This document shows positions 39,276 to 51,023 of a stretch of 64,000 bases of DNA, one piece after another. The stretch covers positions 44,518,001-44,582,000 of the forward strand of contig NW_024704742.1 of the NCBI RefSeq assembly GCF_018977255.1, in the 5' to 3' direction. This DNA comes from Callorhinchus milii (taxonomy: Eukaryota). Made by a program: the position numbers and the translations under genes. The stretch's first letter is position 1. Each line of letters begins with the position of its first letter. The notes beneath the pieces were generated by a model that searched no databases, was not told the origin of the DNA, and saw nothing but the letters and a program-made list of their open reading frames with translations.

Positions 39276-40914
39276 TTCAGTTTGTAGGGTGTTTTACAGA
39301 ATAACCAGGAGAAAGTGCATCACAGCCTGTAACTCAAAAAAAAGCATACACTCACTGACCCCTACAGCTTTGAGAGTTCTTTAGGGAATGTTAGAACTAT
39401 TGATCACATAGTAAATTGCTGATGTGCCACTACTTCTGTTTTAGAGTCCTGCAGATGGTGCATCTCTCACTTCCCTGTGGAAATTCTTTAGTTGCTTCCT
39501 CCTTGTGTGTGTAATGGCAAGTCTGTCTAAGTTGAAACTATGCCCTTTGAGGTGTCTGCTGCTGCACATCCGTGATCTCAGTGGTTGTGCTAGTGTGGGT
39601 GTCTGGAGTTTCTGTTGACTGAGTCACTGTTCCATCTGTACTAAAACAAAGAACCGTGAGCAAGAGAACCTTAAGAAAAACTATACTGCAGTTTGTTTGG
39701 AAATCCAGAAATAATTAATAAAAGTTTCAGCATAAATTAACGATTTTGAAGGTGAGACATTGTTTTACATATAAAGCATTTATGATTATACTTTATAATT
39801 ATACTTTTGAAGAACAAGGTACTTTGCACTGCATGGAATAATGATTGATGCATACAAACTTTAATTGCAAACTAAAATGAAAAATATCAGTGTCGATGCT
39901 TTTTAGATTCCACCATTCACTACAGAAGACAATTATGTGGTAAGTCCATTATTGTCCAGCTAAGATTGCTCTACCTCTTGATAACGATAGCCTTCAGGGT
40001 TGAGGACATTTATATCCACGCCTGGTTAGCCTTAGGTAACTTCAGACCTGCCTGGCTTTGATCCCTCACAGCCAGTTCAACCCCAGAGAGGATCCACTTG
40101 TAATCCACCATCCTACTTGAGGTGCAAAGGAACCTTTCAGTATTAATAATAATCCTTGCAATTGGTATAGTGTCTGATCACATCAGGATGTCTCAAAGCA
40201 CTTCACGTAACAGATCACTTGAGAGGAGTGATCATTGCCAAATTTCTCCTCTCTTTTTGCAGCCACCACACACAGAGCTTGGGCACAAAGGGTGCGCTTG
40301 AGAATCTCTCTGCTCCAAGGCTGCTTCCTGTCACAGAGACGGGCATTTGAGATAACTAAAAATAGGATGCTAACTAATTCAGTCAGTATCCAGTGAAATA
40401 TTACCTCCACAATTTTGAAAAAAACTTAAGCTAATCTCCATTTCCAAAATGCTGTCAACCATTTTTTTCAAAGGACAAAACAGATAAATCCAACTGTACA
40501 GAAGGGGGATTTTAGTTCCACAATCCTTCTTATGAAACAATTTATTTGCTGCCATTTCTAAAAAAGATGATTACATTTAATGGTTGTGAAATATCCCTGT
40601 GCCTCTTGACCTATGTATTGTCTTGTGGCACTGGTGTCAGTAGAGAGTGCAAATGGTGCAGATTAGACAGAGAGACTACATTTCAGTGAGGTGAACTGTC
40701 TATCTTGGTTACATTGAATAAAAACATAAAGGATGCATTCTTTGGAGCCAAAAGATTATTAATCAGAGTAAGATGTTGAAAGACGTGAGATGTTGTTAAA
40801 AAGCTAACAGATACAAAAATCCCCAGAACTGAAGAGAACCGCTCAAAATAAATCAGTGACCCAGAAAAGATTGCAAGAGCTGCAGTAAAACAAAATAAGA
40901 AACAAGAATTATAA

Positions 40915-41272
40915 AATATGACAATCCGTGCATTTGAAATAGTGCCTTTACTTTGAGAGAATGTCTTAAAGCATGTCACAGGATACACTGTTATGTGTAG
41001 TGACTTTAATTTGTAGAACACGGCAGTCAATTTGCACACAACAATGTCCACAAAACAGTCATGAGGTGAATGACCTATTATATTTTCAGAATTGTTGGCC
41101 CGAACACCAGGAGCAACCCCCTTTGTTTTCTTAAAATAGTGCCATGTGATACGTAATGGCCACCTGAACAGGGAAACGGGACCTTGGTTTAACATTTCAT
41201 CCCAAGGATGGCACCTCCAACAATATAACACACTCCCAGCATTGCATTGGAGTATATTGGACTAGAATATAT
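40915..41272 (-). mobile_element. Deu-domain SINE, 3' portion (head displaced to 42785-42872 by CR1 insertion)
   Basis: Reverse complement of Deu core: cacctgaacaggg..ccttggtttaacatttcatcc. Confidence 0.85.
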
Positions 41273-41282
41273 ATTGGACTAG

Positions 41283-42784
41283 GAGGCTACAATTTTTCAA
41301 TTTTCATTGGACACAGGGGTAGTACCAGAGGACTGGAGAGTGGCCAATGTGACTCCCCTGTACAAAAAGGGACAGAAGGACAAACTTGGGAACTACAGGC
41401 CAGTCAGCCTAACATCAGTAGTGGGGAAACTCCTGGAGACTATAATCCGGGACAGAATATATCTTCACTTAGAAGAATATGGGTTAATTAGGGACAGCCA
41501 GCACAAATTTGTTAAAGGCAAACTTTGTCTAACAAATCTAATAGAATTTTTCGATGAGGTAACGGAGAGGATGGATAAAGGTAGTGCAGTTGATGTAGTT
41601 TATATGGACTTTCAAAAGGCATTTGACAAAGTGCCATATAAAGACTTGTAAGAAAGATAGAAGCCCATGGTATAAAAGGGATAGCCGCAGTATGGATCCA
41701 GAACTGGCTGGGAGACAGAAAGCAGAGAGTTGTGGTGAACGGCTGCTTTTCTGACTGGAGGGAAGTGTACAGTGGTGTCCCCCAGGGATCGGTATTGGGA
41801 CCACTGCTCTTCTTAATATACATAAATGATCTGGACTTGGGTATAGCAAGCACCATCTCCAAGTTTGCGGACAACACAAAGTTAGATAGGGTAGTAAACA
41901 GTGAGAAGGATAGGAGCCAACTGCAGGAAGACATAGACAGAATGGTAAAATGGGCAGACACATGGCAGATGAATTTCAATGTGGAGAAATGCGAGGTAAT
42001 GCATTTTGGTAGAAAGAATGAGGGGAAGGCAATATAGGCGAGATAATACAATCTTAAGGGGGATGAAAGAACAGAGAGACCTGGGGGTTCAGGTAAATGA
42101 ATCCTTGAAGGTGGCAGGACACGTAGATAAAGCTGTAAAAAGGGCATATGGGATACTAGGCTTTATAAATAGGGGCATAGAGTACAAGAGTCAGGAGGTT
42201 ATGATTAACCTATATAAAACACTGGGTTAGAATACTGCACCCAGTTCTGGGCACCACACTATAGGAAGGATGTTAAGGCATTGGAAAGGGTGCAGAGGAG
42301 ATTTACGAGGATGGTACCAGGAATGAGGGACCTTGATTATGAGGAAAGGCTGGAGAGGCTGGGATTATTCTTATTGGAGCAGAGAAGGTTACGAGGAGAC
42401 CTAATAGAGGTTTTCAAAATCATGAGGGGATTTGATAGGTTAGAAAGGGAAAAATTGTTTCCACTGGTGGGTGTGTTGGTGACTCGAGGTCACAGATTAA
42501 GAATAGTATCTAAAAGAAGCAGAGGGAAGGTGAGAAGAAATTTTTNCACACAGTGAGTTGTTCGAATCTGGAACGCATTGCCTGAAAGGGTAGTCGAGGC
42601 CGATTTGATGACATATCTTTTAAAAACGCGGTGGACGGGTATTTGAGGAGAACGGGTCTGCAGGGTTATGGGGAATAGGCTGGGGAGTGGGATTGACATT
42701 GCATTGCTCTTCTCAAAGAGTCGGCACAGACTCGATGGGCCGAATGGCCTCTTTTTGTGCTGTGCGATTCTATGATTCTCTGAT
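41283..42784 (+). mobile_element. 5'-truncated CR1 LINE (RT domain to 3' tail), best-preserved CR1 in the window
   Basis: ORFs 41307..41651 (PEDWRVANVTP, NYRPVSLTS, YMDFQKAFDKVP), 41732..42037 ([21 protein letters not shown]), 42281..42556; (gattctat)-type tail. Confidence 0.97.
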
Positions 42785-42872
42785 AATATATTGAGTGCAA
42801 AGTCCTGATGTAAGGCTTCAACCTACAACCTCCGATTCAGAGTCAAGAGAGCTACTGAGTCAGGATGACACC
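42785..42872 (-). mobile_element. tRNA-derived head of the SINE interrupted by the CR1
   Basis: ggcttcaacctacaacctccgattcagagtcaagagagcta..tgacac is the reverse complement of the SINE heads at 9985 and 50135. Confidence 0.8.
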
Positions 42873-44269
42873 TGGTTGAATTAAATTCACATTGTAGTAA
42901 GGAGTCCAGAAATTTCCCACGTGACTTGAGGAGGTGAGAACCCTACAGTGCAATGTAATAGCACCACAATATTAGGATCTGTTGCTGAGTCTGACAAAAT
43001 ATCTCAATAGATGTCTTCAGAATTCTGTCTGTTTCAATTAGAACTAAGTAGCGTAGCTATATCCTTAATATGTTCAAATATGAACGCCAGTAATATTTAA
43101 TGAGTCTTGTAAATCCTCAGGTATGATGGTCTATGTCCATATTCATTTGTGCTCTGTGAAATAACTAAATTAATCATTAGATGGTTGTTTACTCCAATAA
43201 TCTTATTTATTTTAAAAACATCTGCACGTCATGCAAAGTCCATAATACAATATTAACAAATGTCTCTAAAGTCTACACTGATGATAGTTTGACATTCATC
43301 CACTGAATTAAGTCACTCCAAATGCCTGTCAGAGTTTCCAAGTAGGAGACACATCTGATGACGATAATGGCATGTCTAACAAGAATATGCCACAGCTCCA
43401 CAAGCATCTGGATCTGCGACTGCAGAGTGAACTGTGCTATCACACATCTGAGGACCATACAGGGTCATCACATTCAAGCAGGATAGTCCATTGTTGAAAC
43501 TTCAGGGGACATATCAGCCACCCTCAACCTTTCTTTTTGGTCAGCTGGGTATCTGAAACTACACAGAAACCCATAGCCATGCTGAAGGGTAACCAAAAAC
43601 AACCTACTGAGAGACCTGTTTACTATGCTTGCAACACCCTCTTCTCCACATACAAACTGAACCAGACTCGAGGAACCCATTCAACTGATTTATGAAATGC
43701 TGTGAAATATGCAGTTTAGATACACCAAGATATGAAGATACATAAATGTATACATGTTATTATGGAAGTTGTCTGGATTCTATGTGGTGATCAGGTTGAC
43801 ATTCTAGTTAATTTACTCATTATATTAGCAATACTAGCTGGCCTCCTTTCTTTAGATCGAAGAAATTCTGCTTAGAATCTGTTTGCATGCAATGGAGACC
43901 AGTTCCCAAAGTTGTGGGATTAGCTTGCAACAGGATCAGCCTGTAGTGATTTCATTAGGCCTGGGTAGCTCTGGAGACAAGCTTGGATGGTTCCATTAAA
44001 TTTAATGGAGCCACTTTAATAAGAAGATAGGATAACCACATATCACCAAAGCAGGTCAGCGGATTAAGTGTAGGACTGTAATCGTGTCTTCATGTGGTTA
44101 CAAATAACCAGTAACATCAACATTTTATACATTTTAGCTGATGGGATATTACAAATTTATTTAAAAAGCAGCTTGATGCTCTGATGGGTGGACGGTAGGG
44201 TGGTGTTCTGGAAGGATTCGATTGTACAGGCAGAAGGGCCTTCTTCATCTAAACTGATGTTGTGATAAT

Positions 44270-44730
44270 GTGGTATCAATGGGTAGCACATTCATCTGGT
44301 TTCTGGGTTGAAGCCCCATGTCGGGACCTTGACCACATTGTCTACGCTGATATTTTAATGCAGTGGTAGGGTGGGGGGGGGGGGGGGGGCGGGGGTGCAG
44401 GCTGGTGGGTGCTGCATTATCAGTGATGCCGCCACTTGCATGAGACGATAAGCTGAGGTCCCATCCATCTAATCAGGTGGATGTTAAAGAACCCATGGCA
44501 CAATTTGAAAAGAGAAGGGAGTTTTAATCAGTGTTCTGTCAAAAGTGCCCCAGATAAAATTGTTAATTTGTCTAATGGTTGTTTGTGGGACAATGTTGTG
44601 CACAAATTGGCTACCATTTTTGTCTACAAAATACACCATTACTACACTTCGGAGTAAATCAATTAAAGTGCTTTGAGATATCTTGAGGACATGGTAATGT
44701 GCTATATTAAATATGAGAATTAATGTTAAT
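44270..44730 (+). mobile_element. Deu-domain SINE with internal poly-G run
   Basis: Head gggttgaagcccc, core tgagacgataagctgaggtccc..gatgttaaagaacccatggca; G17 at 44373-44389. Confidence 0.8.
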
Positions 44731-46444
44731 CTAATTATTAATTATTAATCATAATAGAAAACACAATGCAGGTGATTTTCTAATTGCCAATATATCTCCT
44801 GATCTTGGCTGTGTGAGCTGCTAGTTATAAAATTGGGTTATAATGCCATGGGGCTGAGGTCATTATTTTTGCTGGACAGCCAACAACAATATGTGCTCAT
44901 GCTCCAAGGTCAGTACATTTAGCAACAGTCAGCAAATTAGCCCTTATGTATTCTTATGTGCACATATATGGAAGAGTCAGGCAGGGAGAATAATTTAAAC
45001 AGCCCCAATATAGCTGGCACAGCTGGGGAGTTTCATCCTCCAGCATTAAGAACTACCGCTGAGTTATACCTATATCAGAAATCATGATGTGATGGCTAAA
45101 ACCATTCAAGCAGCTTTAATACAAAAGTGCTACTTTCTGCCTGAGACAGAATCACTATTGAGATTACTGACACTTGGACAATGGGTCCTGTATCCTTTCC
45201 TATCTTTTCCTCCTTTTCTTAAAAGCCTTTTGTTGTAATGCCATTTTCACCCTTAGTCTTTGATATCGCTTTAGACTTGAAGCCCTCACTTTACTAAGGA
45301 ATGCCTTACTCCATGCTTTTTTTAGGATGTATTTCTCTCTACACAGTTCGCTTGCCAACATGACGGAAGTGCTTGTGACCCAGCCCCGTTAACAGCAGCC
45401 AAGTATAAATCTGAGCACCTCTGTCAACAAAACAATTAATGTTTTGTTCAGCTATCTAAAAACCTACCTCTTTGACCATATCTACGGTCAGCTTCTCCCT
45501 CCCCCCCACCCTGCACAATATTTTAAAAGTGCTCCATGTTGCTCTACATGAAGGGCACTGTATAAATGCAAGTTGATATTAATTGTCCGTGAAATGTACA
45601 CAATTTGCAATGTTGCTGCTTAAATAGTTCAGTTACAAATTACATCTAAAGGAATACTAAAGAACATTAATAAGCATGGCCAAGGCATACAAAGGGCCTG
45701 TTTGTGATTTTAAAGCTTGCAAAATAGATAGTTCAGGCTTTCCAGTGTGGTTAAACATTTTTAAAGCTTCAGTTGTTTTGCTCTTACCATATGTACTGAA
45801 AAGCCTTACATCTTGTTCTTATTATTAATAAGCACTTCTAAAGGTCAGCAAATCTTTCCTAAAATAGCTGGAGATGTTAATGGAATGCACTCACATTTAT
45901 ACAAAGCGATACTAACAATGCTCTATTAAGACAACAAGCCTTCCTGCATTAATTAACCTTCATGAGCCCTTAAAGATCATAAAAGGCTACACTCTAACAA
46001 TCAAAGTGTAATTTTGCAAGAAATTGAACTGAATTCTAATGTACGGTTGAGGTGATACATGGAATTAGCTTTTTATCCTTCTCTCTGTAGGTTGGAAGGT
46101 TATCTTGTTGGACAGTGGGTGGCAAATCTAATCCTTGTGGTTTGGTTTGTAATTTGGGATTTATAATCCCCAGGAATCATGCAAATTGTCGTTCAGCCCA
46201 TCAAATCTCTGATCCAGTGAAGCTAAATACTTTAATTTTAATTCACATCTTTTTCCCTCCACACCCTATTATATTCATCTTCCTCAAATGTTTATCTGTA
46301 TAAAATGTATGAAACTATTATAAATCAAGCTAAAGCAAATGCCAATCTTCAAAATAAAATTGTTTGAATGATTGTTATCAAATTTTATTAAATAACACAA
46401 ATTCAATTGGGAAGTAAAAGAGGATCAGAATTTAATAAGAAGAA

Positions 46445-46630
46445 TCTCTACATTTGGTATATCAGTTTTCACCTTGGCAGAACATCCCAAAGTGCTTCAT
46501 AGGATACACTGTGCAGTGACTGCGGGTGGACACGGCAGCCAATTTGCATACAGCAATGTTCTGCAAACAGCCATGAAGTGAAGTATTATCTGGGGGATTG
46601 TTGGCTGGAACACTAGGAGAAACTCCCTTT
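46445..46630 (-). mobile_element. Deu SINE 3' half
   Basis: cacggcagccaatttgcatacagcaatg..caaacagccatga. Confidence 0.7.
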
Positions 46631-46696
46631 GTCATCTAATTTGTTATCTAACTGTTCAGTGGAGCAGTTTATCATCACTTGGACTCCACAAATGAA

Positions 46697-46724
46697 AGAG
46701 GAGAGAGAGAGAGAAAGAGAGAGA
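46697..46724. repeat. Imperfect (GA)n microsatellite
   Basis: gaggagagagagagagaaagagagaga. Confidence 0.85.
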
Positions 46725-47037
46725 CGCCATGATCTATATGTCAGAGATGTAAAACTTTATAAGATTAAAAAGCTGAGAATAAGAATTAAGAAACTAAGCA
46801 GTTGGGTGGGTTTTTAAAATATACTCAGAAGCTAAGTTCTGCAGGGATTTAAGTGATTAAGTATAGTCACTTTGGTCTTACAAATGCTGTCGGTACCATT
46901 TTGCATTCTTATACGAAGTATATAATTTTAAATGTTGCTAAAGCACTGGCATCCTGAACGTTTCACTACCACAGTTTGTATATTAATTCTGTTTTGATTT
47001 TCAAGAGAGCAGCTTCTGTTAAAACAACAACGAAGTA

Positions 47038-47405
47038 TAATAATATAATATAATAATCTTCAAGATGTCTCAAAGTGCTTCACAGAATATACTGTAAAGT
47101 GATATGCCTGTATTTTGTTGGCAAAATGCGTCAACCAAATGCGCACAGCAGTATCCCACAAACAGGTGTGGACTGAGTGACTAAATTATTATTATTATTT
47201 TATTTATTTACGAAGGGATTATTACCTCCAGAAAAGTGATCCGCCAATCAACTAACAATGGGGTTCCTACTTACTATGAGGTAAACAGGCGTGTGGGGTA
47301 AGGAAACTTGCTAATGTTTCATCCCAGGTCGAACCCCTAATGGGGGTTGAACCCAATTTCTCTCACTTACGAGGTGAGTGCTCCAACCAATATGCTACAG
47401 GACTT
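47038..47405 (-). mobile_element. tRNA-derived SINE (gtcctgtagc head family)
   Basis: Ends gagtgctccaaccaatatgctacaggact; same layout as 49072-49393. Confidence 0.8.
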
Positions 47406-47489
47406 CACAATATATACAGTATAGAGTGGGAGCCTATAAATTGGAGGGGAGGAAGAGGGGTAGAAAGAGAGGGAAGGGCATTTAATGAG

Positions 47490-47760
47490 GTATGGGGAAA
47501 AGAGTCAAACTGGATTCCTGATTGATAACCAGACATTTTGTGCTGGAAATGTGTGCATCGGGTAAGAATAGGGCAAGGCTTGTGATCAAAGCTTACCTAG
47601 ACTCTGTCAAAGCTCACATATAAAAAACAGTCACGCGTGTGTGGGGAGGAGGTATTTACCATGTGTGGAACGTACCCCCGTTAAAGGAAAAATGAGTTAA
47701 AAGTCTTCAAGAGAAAAGAGGGAGATGGGAAAATTGTGGGGGGGAGTGGGGGGTGGGGGA
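47490..47760 (+). mobile_element. Second copy of the old repeat at 6940-7260
   Basis: gctggaaatgtgtg..gctcacat..tgtggaacgtacccc..cttcaagagaaaagagggag. Confidence 0.5.
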
Positions 47761-47959
47761 AGGAAAGTGACCAAAAAAGAGAAATCAAGGAACATCTCAA
47801 AAAGAAAGTCCAGTCATTTGGCCACTCAATAGGGAAAACTAAATTCGCAGATTAAGTACAGCCTATGTTAAAGATTCACACGGGGAAAAAAAGTGATTTT
47901 AGAAAATTGTTTTTGATTCTGTGCAAATTCCTAAAGATTCAAGAACTTCGCTATCTGTC

Positions 47960-48490
47960 ACAATATTTCAGAACTGGTGGTGGAAGCAGATTCGATAGTA
48001 GCTTTCAAAAAAGAATTGGATAGGTGCTTCAAAAGGAATAATTAGCTGGGCTATGGGGTAAGAATGAGGGAGTGGGACTAGTTGGTAGCTCTTTCAAAGA
48101 GCTCTTTGTGTAGCGCCTTTCACATTGTGATGAAATCGAAGTCACTGTACAGTCAGGGATTTGGACCCGAGCAGGCGGTTGGGATCTGAAGGGGTGGAGG
48201 ACAATGAGGGTAGGGGTAGGAGGGTGACCAAATGCGCAGTCAAGGAGGAGGATCTTGAGGCATGCTTTGAAGGAGGCAAGGGAGGGAGCAAGGCAAAGGT
48301 ACTACGGGATGGCGTTCCAACAGACAAAATTGATCAGTCACTTCATGACTGAAATGTGGGACATGGCTGTGTGCAAATTGACTGCTGTGTTTGCATATAC
48401 AAACATCAAGCCACTGTGTTTCTCAGTAAAATTCTGTGAAGCATTTTAAGATGTCTCGATGACATGATATCAAGTGCAAGGATTATTAAG
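47960..48490. mobile_element. Mosaic: CR1 3' end (+, 47960-48103), L2 3' end (-, 48108-48320), SINE 3' end (+, 48325-48490)
   Basis: Each piece matches other copies in the window. Confidence 0.75.
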
Positions 48491-49071
48491 CATTATTGTA
48501 TTGTAGAACGAAGGAAAGGAAAATCATACAGGAGCAACACTGACCACCATTTTAGCAAACTGATGCAGTTGAAATCATGTAAGTTAAACAATTAACTATT
48601 ATTTATGTTCTTGAGTTGCAATTTGTCTGACAGCTTTTGCCACTGTTTCTGCTTTTCGTATTTGATGACATTATGGTCCTGATGTACTTGTCAAGCAAAG
48701 CAGCTAAAAAATCTCTGCTTGCTCCTGCATATTTTCAGATTCATCCTGTACAGTTGAACAGGTAATCATTTCTGTCCACTTAAGAAGCCAGTGAGTGATG
48801 TCTGCAGTATTTGTTTAATCTTAACGCTTCTGATTTTTCACTCTCAGTCCATCCACTCCCAATCTATCCTTAGGCGCAAAGGAAAAACAGCACAACCTTG
48901 TTTAACCTGAAAGAAAGAATGGACAAGAATCGAGCTATCTCCAGGCATGATGAAGAAATTTACCCAATAAAGCCATAGGGTGATTGCCATAAGGCAGGTC
49001 AGGAAAAAAAATCTTGTAGTTAGTATTTTGACGATCAAAACCCAGGATGCCTGATCAGATACAATCAAAAC

Positions 49072-49393
49072 AATAATAATAATCCTTGCATTTGATATAG
49101 CACCATATCATGTCTTTGAGACATCTCAAAGCACTACACAGAATATACTGTAAAGTGAGTTGACTATATATATTGTGTGCGAAAAGCGGTAGTCAATTGC
49201 GCACATCTGTGTCCAATAAACAGTCGTGGATTGAGTGACCAAAGCGATCCGCCAACCGGGTTCCTGCTTATTGCTAGGTAAATAGCGGCGTGTGAAGGAA
49301 GGAAACTTGCCCAATGCGTTGCCTTTCCGGGAATCGAACCCAGGTCCTCTTGCTTGCGAGGCGAGTGCTCTAACCAATAAGTTACAGGACTCC
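49072..49393 (-). mobile_element. Full-length tRNA-derived SINE
   Basis: Minus strand: ggagtcctgtaac..ggttagagcactcgcc..GGGTTCGATTCCC (B box); (ATT)n tail. Confidence 0.88.
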
Positions 49394-49884
49394 AAATGCT
49401 TATTTAAAAAAAACTTTTTTCCAACAATGGATTTAAACAATTTAGTAAAACAAGTTAATTAAAAACAATACCTTCCTCCCTTCCCTCTTGAGAGAAACCA
49501 ATAAGACTTCATTAAACTGACATGTAAACTTACAAAGTGTGTGAGTAGGCTATTTGAACATGAGGGTAGAAAGGCATCACAAACCAATGTTATCTTATTC
49601 TCACAGAAGTCCACAAATTGAAGGATCACTGAAAATGAGTTAAGGGAAGTTTAACAATAGGGTGCCACTTTCCAACGGGAGTCATATGATCTTTTATTGG
49701 GAATGCTGCAATGATTGTTGCAATTCTTGATTTCATACTGGAGATTTATTCAAAGTAACGAGAACCTAACATTCAAAGCACTCCAGTAATTAAATGTAAA
49801 TACAGATGTATCATGTGCTATGGATGAAGAAAATTAAAAATTCTCCTATTTATGTAATTAACCAATAAAAAGGATTTCCTCACC

Positions 49885-50080
49885 AACCATCCCGCTCTCT
49901 CTGCTTGGCAGGCATGGGGCTGCTCCATCTCCCCCACCATAAGCGGTCAGACTTTCAGCTTTTCTGCCCTCACCCACTGGAACTCCATTCTGGAATCACT
50001 TTGCCTTGCCCCCTCCCCTGCCTCCTTCCAACCCCTGTTGCAAGATCTTCCTCTTTACTGTGTCTCCAGTCGTTCTCCCA
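49885..50080 (+). mobile_element. Old L2 3' fragment
   Basis: gcggtcagactttcagc..ctggaactccattc..caagatcttcctcttt. Confidence 0.6.
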
Positions 50081-50134
50081 AACATCTGGAATGCGTAGAA
50101 CATTGTTTCAAAAGCTTTAACCTAGAAAGGCTAG

Positions 50135-50465
50135 CGTCAAGCTGGCTAAGTTGATAGCATTCTTGTCTCTGAGTCAAAAAGTTGTAGGTTCAAGCCCCAT
50201 CTTTTTGAGGTCATTGTCTAGGCTCATATTCCAGTACAATCCTGGAGAAATATTGCATTATCAGAGGTGCTGTCCTTCAGATGAAATGTTAAACCAAGGT
50301 CCGATCAGCCTTACAGGTTAAAGATCCAGTAGCACTACTTGAAAAGTGAAGGCAGTTTTTCTCAGTGTCCTGGCCAACATTCTCCCATATAAAAGTGATC
50401 ATTTACCTCATGGCTGTCTGTGGGACATTGTTGTGGGCAAATAAGTGCTATATCAAATGCAAGAA
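50135..50465 (+). mobile_element. Deu-domain SINE
   Basis: Head ggctaagttgatagc..ggttcaagcccc; core gatgaaatgttaaaccaaggtc..gtgtcctggccaac. Confidence 0.82.
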
Positions 50466-50513
50466 AACGATACAATACTAATTAACATTTATATAGCGCC
50501 TTTCAAATTTGAA

Positions 50514-50660
50514 GGATACTGATAGTGACATAGATAGCACACAACCAGTAACGCAGATACACACCATTAATAACACAGATAGTAAGATGGATCGTGACAG
50601 AGCTAGTGCCACACATAGCACACAGATAACGATACAAGTAGTAACACAGATCACTCTGAT
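50514..50660. repeat. Degenerate ~12-bp tandem repeat (gatagtaacaca-like)
   Basis: gatagtgacata, gatagcacaca, cagtaacgca, taacacagatagtaa, gtagtaacacagat. Confidence 0.6.
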
Positions 50661-51023
50661 TGTCAAAGACCTGAGAAACTTGCTTTGCTGTTTTGCTCGT
50701 CTCTTTTTAGTGCCATCAATGAGTTTTGTTCCACCAAAATAGCAGCAGCAATCTGGAAGATCCACTGACAGCCAGTGACAGACCCGAATGTTCGATCTGT
50801 TTGTAGTGCTGCTGTGACATATGTCTGACCAAAGTTTGTACATGCAGTAAAAAGCACCAGTACCTAGAATAAAAACAAATGATGACTTATTTCATGTGTT
50901 TTATTACTTTCCTCATTACTGCAATTCAATAAATGTAGATGCATTTAAATCAACAGGATGAACATTTTCAGTATTCAAACAATATATGCGAATTGTCCTA
51001 TTTACTTAATAAATAATATAGTA

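Noticed and set aside
41283..42784. Active CR1 element
   Set aside because: 5'-truncated, frameshifted, with stops and a D-to-N active-site change.
43330..43500. Protein-like open frame SFQVGDTSDDDNGMSNKN..
   Set aside because: About 60 codons stop-to-stop with weak splice signals and no recognisable homology; compatible with chance.
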